From sequence record SRR20825019_1884: DNA of 35,877 nucleotides; one strand, written 5' to 3'. The position numbers and the translations under genes were made by a program. This document shows positions 29,583 through 35,877 of the stretch, one piece after another (the first letter of the stretch is position 1; every line of letters starts with the position of its first letter). The notes below the pieces were generated by a model, which was not told where the DNA came from, ran no database searches, and was given only the letters and a program-made list of their open reading frames with translations.

Positions 29583-31391
29583 ATGTTAACCAATTTATTA
29601 GATCAAATTTCATCAAATGAACTAAATTTAAAAGATCAAAATGAAGCATATAGATTTTTTTATAGTCATTTTGTTGATGGTAATATAGAAAAATTATATG
29701 ATTATGAGGTTTATGAACTGCTTCAAAAGCTTGGTATTGGAATAGAATATATTTTTAATCAAGCAGCTAATGAGAGTCATAATAAATTAGTAAAATATGT
29801 AATTAAAATTTGTACAGAAAGTCAATTAGATGAATTAAGAATTGAGTATAGTTTTTTCACGTCTTATGGTAAAGCTGTAATTAATAAAAACATAGAGCTT
29901 GTAAGATTTTTTACTAACTTAATGTCTAAAGGTAGGGAAACTAAATATTTAGGAATCATATTTCCATCTGAAGAAACTATATATTCAGCCAAAGCATTCT
30001 TAGAGTTTTTTGAAATTTATTGTAAAAATTTAGAGAATGTTAAGGAGGATCAAGAGTTAATTGATAAATCACTTGAATATAATAATGTTGAGAGTGCTTT
30101 TATCTTTGGTGCATCGCATGGTAATATAAAGTTTTTAGAGTATTTATTAAATAGACCTTCTGATAATTTTACAAAAGATGAAATAATTCATGCGCAAGAT
30201 GATAGTGCATTTGTAGAGGCTACTAAGCATGGAAAGCTTGAAGTAATGGATTTTCTATTATCTTTAACAACAGATAATTCCCTAAGAAATCATATGATTC
30301 ATCAAGAAGATGGTTTGATATTTAGAAATGCCTTATATTCTAGTAGAATTGAAGTAGTTAAATTTATAGTTAGTTTGACTTCTTCAGTTGATGAAATAAA
30401 TAAAATGGTAATATCTGGTGATCATTTTGCACTTATTTTGCTATCTGATAAGGGTGATGTTGAATTATTAAATTTTATATATAATTTAATACCTACAAAA
30501 AAAGATCTTGAAAAAATGTTAAGTGCTAGTGATTTTAAAGCATTTGGTATAGCTGCAATTAATGGTCATGTAGAATTTTTAAAATGTCTCATTGAGATGT
30601 CACCAAGTGAGAAATTAAAAAATAAAATGATAAATACAAACCTTACTTTTATATATAAGGGTGTAAGTGAGTATGGACATTTAGATGTATTAAAGTTTTT
30701 AGAATCTATTATTGTTATTAATAAAGAAATTCTTAAAATTATTGAAAATTGTGAATTATTTAAAGTTGCTGCATCTAACGGTCATATTGAAATAATGAAA
30801 TATTTTCTAGAGTTACCTGAATATGTAAGGATTAATGATAAATCACTTGGTAATAGATTAAAAAATGTTATGGGTAGTGCATTAAAATCAATTTTAGGAG
30901 ATGAAATTCATAGTGATTTATTTGATTTAGCTTCTATTATAAATAATTACAAAGCTCATATAAAATATGACAATGCATTTTTATTTGCATCAATTAATGG
31001 AAAAGTTGATACTATGAAATATCTTATTGAGTTAACTAAGGATGAAGAAATAAAAAATGAAATGATTTATTCTCCACCTGAATATAATGCATTTTGTAAA
31101 GCTGCAGAGTCTGGAAGGGTTGTTTCTATGAAATATTTAGTTGAGATCACAAAAGATTTTGATACTTTGCAAAAAATGCTTCATGCTAATAATGATGAGC
31201 CAATTAGGATAGCTGCTCAAAATGAAAATTTTGCAGTAGTTAGTTACTTAATGGAGTTAATGCTTGGTCCTAAAAATTTTTCAAATATTAATCTCTTAAA
31301 TTTAGAAGAAGCTGTTATGAACCACAAAGTAGGTGAGTATATAGGAGAGGTAGCTCCATATAATGATTGGTCTTTTATAGATGTAACTTAA
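29583..31391 (+). CDS. Ankyrin-repeat protein (37-aa repeat variant, about ten or more units)
   Basis: IIHAQDDSAFVEATKHGKLEVMDFL, MLSASDFKAFGIAAINGHVEFLKCL, FKVAASNGHIEIMKYF, NAFCKAAESGRVVSMKYL and others. Confidence 0.9.
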   Translation: MLTNLLDQISSNELNLKDQNEAYRFFYSHFVDGNIEKLYDYEVYELLQKLGIGIEYIFNQAANESHNKLVKYVIKICTESQLDELRIEYSFFTSYGKAVINKNIELVRFFTNLMSKGRETKYLGIIFPSEETIYSAKAFLEFFEIYCKNLENVKEDQELIDKSLEYNNVESAFIFGASHGNIKFLEYLLNRPSDNFTKDEIIHAQDDSAFVEATKHGKLEVMDFLLSLTTDNSLRNHMIHQEDGLIFRNALYSSRIEVVKFIVSLTSSVDEINKMVISGDHFALILLSDKGDVELLNFIYNLIPTKKDLEKMLSASDFKAFGIAAINGHVEFLKCLIEMSPSEKLKNKMINTNLTFIYKGVSEYGHLDVLKFLESIIVINKEILKIIENCELFKVAASNGHIEIMKYFLELPEYVRINDKSLGNRLKNVMGSALKSILGDEIHSDLFDLASIINNYKAHIKYDNAFLFASINGKVDTMKYLIELTKDEEIKNEMIYSPPEYNAFCKAAESGRVVSMKYLVEITKDFDTLQKMLHANNDEPIRIAAQNENFAVVSYLMELMLGPKNFSNINLLNLEEAVMNHKVGEYIGEVAPYNDWSFIDVT

Positions 31392-31431
31392 TAAAAATTA
31401 GTAATCTTTATTGGTTGGGTAATAAAAATTT

Positions 31432-32805
31432 TTATATCATTAAGTATGCTAGAAATAAAAAGCTTAAAAATCCAAGCGAGTCAGTTAAGGTAGTTACAAA
31501 TACACCAGAAGCAATTGCTGGATCTATTTTTAAGTTATGGAATAATATTGGAATAACAGCTCCAAAAAATCCAGCTACTATAAAATTAATTACTATAGCT
31601 AGCATAAATATTGTACTTAAGTTAGTTTCAGAATATATATAAAAAGCTAGGCATCCAGCAATTAGGGAAATACTAATTCCTATAATCATAGAAACAATTA
31701 GCTCTTTTGCTATTACTTTAAGGGCGTTACTATCTATAATATCTTTATTTGCAAGTGCTCTTACAGTTACTGTTGTAACTTGCGTTGCAGCATTTCCACC
31801 GATTGCTGCAACAATTGGCATCATTGCAGCTATGGTGATCATTTTAGATATAGTGTCGCTAAATTGATGCACAATTAAAGAAGTAAGATAGGCTGTTAAA
31901 AGATTTATGAATAACCATGGAAATCTATGTTTTACGGTTATTAGCAGGCTATTAAAAGTATCTTGTTTATATAATCCACCAAGATGCATTAATTCTTCTT
32001 GGTTTTGTTCATCAATAATATAAAGCATATTATCAATAGATATGCTTCCTATGATTCTTCCTGTTTTATTAACTACTGGAACTATATTTAGAGCATATTG
32101 TTTAAATATATAAGAAAGATCTTCAAGATCTGTGCTTGTACTTGCTATTTTCATATCATTATTTAAAAGATATTTAATAGGTACATCATCTTTATGTTTA
32201 ACGAGGTTTGATAGGGTAACATATCCAATTGGTTTGAATTTTTTATCTACTACGAAAGCTGCATGAAATTCAAATGAGATTTTATGTGATTTTATATATT
32301 CTATAGCTTTACCAACATTTGTATTTTCATCAAAAGTTATAAAATTTCTTCCCATAATTCTTCCAGCAGTATGTTCTTTATATGTAAAACCTTCAGATAT
32401 CTGAACTCTTTTTTTAGGGGGTAGATGAGATAAAATTTGTTCTCTTATAAAATCATCAAAATCTTCAATAACTTCAATAGCATCTTCACTATCTAATTTT
32501 GATACTAAAAGCGCAAATTGTTTGGTTCCTAAGCAATCAAGTGCTGTTTTTTTAGTATTTGGGTTTACCCATACTAGTGTATCTGGCTTTAAGTTTTCTT
32601 CAAATATTGAAATTACTTGTTTAGTAGTTTTTTCATTACTGATATCTAAAAAATCAGCAAGATCTGCATAATGGAGATTAGAAAGCGTATTTTTAACTTG
32701 TTCAAAATCATGCTCGTCAATTAACTTCTGAATAATGTCAAATTTCTCAGAAAGAGCATCTTGATTATCAGGGGTGATAAAATGATCAATATCTGTGTTT
32801 TTCAT
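31432..32805 (-). CDS. mgtE: Magnesium transporter MgtE
   Basis: LHYADLAD N-domain, TAGRIM CBS pair, RFPWL.INL, MPIVAA.GGNA.TQ, DPA.ASGVFVTT.TD. Confidence 0.96.
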   Translation of the reverse strand: MKNTDIDHFITPDNQDALSEKFDIIQKLIDEHDFEQVKNTLSNLHYADLADFLDISNEKTTKQVISIFEENLKPDTLVWVNPNTKKTALDCLGTKQFALLVSKLDSEDAIEVIEDFDDFIREQILSHLPPKKRVQISEGFTYKEHTAGRIMGRNFITFDENTNVGKAIEYIKSHKISFEFHAAFVVDKKFKPIGYVTLSNLVKHKDDVPIKYLLNNDMKIASTSTDLEDLSYIFKQYALNIVPVVNKTGRIIGSISIDNMLYIIDEQNQEELMHLGGLYKQDTFNSLLITVKHRFPWLFINLLTAYLTSLIVHQFSDTISKMITIAAMMPIVAAIGGNAATQVTTVTVRALANKDIIDSNALKVIAKELIVSMIIGISISLIAGCLAFYIYSETNLSTIFMLAIVINFIVAGFFGAVIPILFHNLKIDPAIASGVFVTTLTDSLGFLSFLFLAYLMI

Positions 32806-32935
32806 AATTACCCTTGGATGAATTATAAAATAATTGCTTTAAAATATATTTATATACTTGTAGTTAAATTTTAAAGTGAATTTATTATATATAACCTTTT
32901 ATAATATTACAATCTCTTAGCCTTAAAATTAAATA

Positions 32936-34351
32936 CTAGTTTTTAAGTGAAGAGAAAGCTCTAAGTGCCAGATTGCGAGATTCAGATAAATCTACTATTG
33001 GATATGGATAATCTTTACCTAATTCTATATTAGCATCATTTAGAATGTTAATAGGGGTATCCCAAGGATTAAATAGATATTTTGAATTTAAATTTTTAAG
33101 TTCAGGTACAAATTTTTTTGTATAGGTACCATCTATGTCAAATTTTTGACCTTGAGTAACTGGGTTAAATATTCTAAAATACGGCGCTGCATCTGCGCCG
33201 CAACCAGCAACCCATTGCCAACTTGCTGAGTTATTTGCAAGATCTGCATCAAAAAGGCAATTAAAAAACCATTTTTCACCTTCTCTCCAATCAATAAGTA
33301 AATTTTTAACAAGAAATGATGCTACTATCATTCTGACTCTATTATGCATGTATCCAGTTTCCCATAATTCTCTCATCCCAGCGTCAACAATTGGAACTCC
33401 TGTTTGTCCTTTTTGCCATAATTTTAATAATTTTTTATTTTTACTCCATGGAAAATTATCAAATTTACTATTAAGATTTTCTTTAGGAAGTTTCTTAAAG
33501 AAATATAATAAAGAATATGAGAATTCTCTCCATCCTAGTTCACTGCAAAAATGGTCAATATCATTTTCATGGTTTTTATTTTCAAGTGCATTGACTTTAT
33601 GCCATATATAATTAACTGAAATTTCTCCAAAATGTAAATGTGGGGATAAACGTGAAACATTTTCTTTATGCGGAAAATTCCTACCTTCTTTATAATTTTT
33701 TAAATCTGAATTTAAAAAATTATCAAATCTTTTTAAGGCTCCATCTTCTCCTATATTCCAATATTTATATAATTTTTTATCCCATCTTATTTTAGGTAGT
33801 AATGCTAGAACATTTATAACTTCTTTATTTTTATGTGGTATGTAGTTAATATTTTCAGGTTTAGGTAGAGGTGCTTTTGGATATGTGCTTTTAAGGCAGC
33901 CTTTTCTATAAAATGGGGTAAATACTTTATATGGGGTACCATCATTTTTTAGTATTGTCCAAGGTTCCCAAAGTAAGTTTGCATTGAAGCTTTGTATATT
34001 TATTGATTTTTCTTCAAATGTTTTTTTAATATTTTTATCTCTTTCTATTTGCCATGGCTCGTAGCATCTATTCCAATATATACTATCAATTTTATATTTA
34101 TTAACTAATTGGGTAAGAATTTCTAAAGGATTTCCTACAAAGAATAATAAATTTTCATTTAGTTTACTATTTAATTCTAATAATGATTGTTTAAGCCAAA
34201 CTTTACTTGCTTCTCCCATAGAATATTCTTTAGAATTCACTTCATCATGAATATGTACGGGAAGTATTTGGCCTTCTTTACAGGCATTATATAGAGCTGG
34301 GTTATCATGAATTCTAAGATCATTTCGAAACCAGCAGATAATTTTTTTCAT
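32936..34351 (-). CDS. phrB: Deoxyribodipyrimidine (CPD) photolyase
   Basis: WFRNDLR.HDNPAL, YKVFTPF, SRLSPHLHFGEIS, ELGWREF, TG.PIVDAGMREL..TGYMHNRVRM, WQWVAGCGADAAPYFRIFNP. Confidence 0.96.
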   Translation of the reverse strand: MKKIICWFRNDLRIHDNPALYNACKEGQILPVHIHDEVNSKEYSMGEASKVWLKQSLLELNSKLNENLLFFVGNPLEILTQLVNKYKIDSIYWNRCYEPWQIERDKNIKKTFEEKSINIQSFNANLLWEPWTILKNDGTPYKVFTPFYRKGCLKSTYPKAPLPKPENINYIPHKNKEVINVLALLPKIRWDKKLYKYWNIGEDGALKRFDNFLNSDLKNYKEGRNFPHKENVSRLSPHLHFGEISVNYIWHKVNALENKNHENDIDHFCSELGWREFSYSLLYFFKKLPKENLNSKFDNFPWSKNKKLLKLWQKGQTGVPIVDAGMRELWETGYMHNRVRMIVASFLVKNLLIDWREGEKWFFNCLFDADLANNSASWQWVAGCGADAAPYFRIFNPVTQGQKFDIDGTYTKKFVPELKNLNSKYLFNPWDTPINILNDANIELGKDYPYPIVDLSESRNLALRAFSSLKN

Positions 34352-34534
34352 ATATTTTAAATTAAATTAGGGAATATTAGATTTTATATAATATTTAATA
34401 AAATTATAATTTTTAATATTTATTTATTATATATATCATAAATATAAATTAAAATTAAAGTAAAAATTTAAAATATTAATTTTATATTCTTAAAAATATT
34501 TATTGATCTTATATTTTTGAGTAGGTTAGAAATT

Positions 34535-35419
34535 TCATTTATTTATGATATTTTTTAAAGCATCTTTTATATCTTGAAATTCAAATTTATATCCTTCATT
34601 TAGTAATTTTGTGGGGTAAACACATGGTCCATTTAAAAGTAATTTTTGTCCCATTTCTCCAAAGGCTAGTTTAATCAAAAAAGATGGGATATAAAAAATT
34701 ACTGGTCTATTAATTATATTACCTAGAATTTTAGTAAATGTAAGATTTGTAACAGGATTTGGCGAAGTTAGATTATATATACCACGTTGATTTTTATTAT
34801 TAATAAAAAAATCAAATGCACCAATTACATCATTACAATGTATCCAGGAAAAAAATTGTTTTCCTGTCCCTAATTTACCTCCAGCTCCTAATTTAAATAT
34901 AGGAAGTATTTCATTTAATGCACCCCCATCTTTACCAAGTACTATGCCAAGTCTTGCGATGCAAGTTCTAACTCCATAATTTAAAGCTTTTTTTGCTTCA
35001 TTTTCCCATGAATTACATAATTGATGAGTAAAGTCATTAATATAATCTGAATTTTCATCTAATATGCTGATATTACTGCTTCCATAATATCCTATTGCAG
35101 AAGCGCTTATTAAGATTAAAGGTTTTATTTTGAGTGATTTGATTAAATAGATAATATTATTAGTTATTTCAGTTCTACTTTTAATAAGAATATTTTTATA
35201 ATTATTGTTCCATCTTTTATTAATTGGAGCACCTGCTAAATTTATAATTACATCTATCTTTTCATTATAATCTATCTCATTTAAATTATTTATTACTCTT
35301 ATATTAGGATAGATATAATTTTTTCTAGAAAGAACTATTATTTCGTGTTTTTTGAGTAAAAAGTAATTTACAAGTTTTTTTCCTATAAAACCAGTGCCTC
35401 CAGTAATAAGTATTTTCAT
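34535..35419 (-). CDS. TIGR01777-type NAD-dependent epimerase (YfcH-like)
   Basis: ITGGTGFIG, INLAG.PI..RW, SASAIGYYG, C..WE, R.G.VL..GGAL, GG.LG.G.Q..SWIH..D, N.TSPNPV. Confidence 0.93.
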   Translation of the reverse strand: MKILITGGTGFIGKKLVNYFLLKKHEIIVLSRKNYIYPNIRVINNLNEIDYNEKIDVIINLAGAPINKRWNNNYKNILIKSRTEITNNIIYLIKSLKIKPLILISASAIGYYGSSNISILDENSDYINDFTHQLCNSWENEAKKALNYGVRTCIARLGIVLGKDGGALNEILPIFKLGAGGKLGTGKQFFSWIHCNDVIGAFDFFINNKNQRGIYNLTSPNPVTNLTFTKILGNIINRPVIFYIPSFLIKLAFGEMGQKLLLNGPCVYPTKLLNEGYKFEFQDIKDALKNIINK

Positions 35420-35517
35420 ATAAAAAAATCTTTTATTTATTGAAATTTATAAAATAATTTAGTTTAAGTAAAGTATAGATTTTTTGAATAATTCAAAAAG
35501 TAATAATTTAAACATAA

Positions 35518-35562
35518 TTATGATACAATAATCTATTTATGATACAATAATCTATTTATGAT
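35518..35562. repeat. 19-bp direct tandem repeat (two full copies plus a partial)
   Basis: TTATGATACAATAATCTAT x2 followed by TTATGAT. Confidence 0.85.
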
Positions 35563-35664
35563 TTAATAATGTATAATTATTGTTGAAATTGCCATTATTG
35601 TAAAATTAAGGAAAATATATTATAATTAAATATTGTTTAATATAATTATAATTTAGGAAAAAAT

Positions 35665-35877
35665 ATGATAAGTCAATCTAGTCAATCAGAAGAATATTTA
35701 GAATTTAATCAAGCTGTGAAAGAAGCTAACATAGATAAGCTCAGAATATTAATAGAGAAAGCTGTAGATCAAGAATCTATTGATAAGATGATTCATGATA
35801 ATGATAATGGAGCTTTTATTCTTGCAGCTGGAAATGGTTTCATAGAAGTGCTTAAATTTTTAATAGATCATACTATA
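35665..35877 (+). CDS. Ankyrin-repeat protein, same 37-aa family; 5' part only (runs off the window)
   Basis: Not in the ORF track. AGGA RBS then ATG, open to the window end: MISQSSQSEEYLEFNQAVKEANIDKLRILIEKAVDQESIDKMIHDNDNGAFILAAGNGFIEVLKFLIDHTI. Confidence 0.85.
   Translation, partial: MISQSSQSEEYLEFNQAVKEANIDKLRILIEKAVDQESIDKMIHDNDNGAFILAAGNGFIEVLKFLIDHTI

Noticed and set aside
2002-33611. Short ORF-track entries overlapping real genes (2002, 8456, 9629, 11525, 11814, 12566, 18836, 21668, 27154, 31367, 33348)
   Set aside because: Antisense or alternate-frame shadows of well-supported CDSs with no motifs of their own.
1-35877. CRISPR arrays, tRNA/rRNA genes, prophage, integrase or defence-system genes
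   Set aside because: No repeat-spacer pattern, GC-rich structured RNA or diagnostic protein motif seen.

Overview
Very AT-rich chromosomal window from an obligate intracellular alphaproteobacterium of the Rickettsiales, probably Rickettsiaceae-like. The placement rests on a Tlc/NTT nucleotide translocase, the 17-kDa-antigen/p34/tadA/znuC block and a short second-type GluRS. The backbone is housekeeping: SDR, gmk, gltX, ctaA, ispB, tlc3-like, znuBC, 17-kDa lipoprotein, CDF, tadA, PCuAC, rnj, prsA, secA, rluB, rsmD, radA and mgtE. Scattered singly between these genes are candidate host-directed effectors. They comprise three paralogous proteins with 37-aa ankyrin-type repeats (the third cut by the window end), a 1204-aa protein with an N-terminal ankyrin-like cap and five degenerate ~210-aa repeats, a 306-aa helical orphan, and a decayed ankyrin-like pseudogene. 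All four complete accessory proteins carry a hydrophobic-[IL]-G-E motif near the C terminus that I do not see at the C termini of the housekeeping proteins, which may be a shared secretion signal. A CPD photolyase plus TIGR01777 pair suggests a light-exposed host. I found no rRNA, tRNA, CRISPR array or intact mobile element. All calls come from motif recognition by eye; no searches were run.
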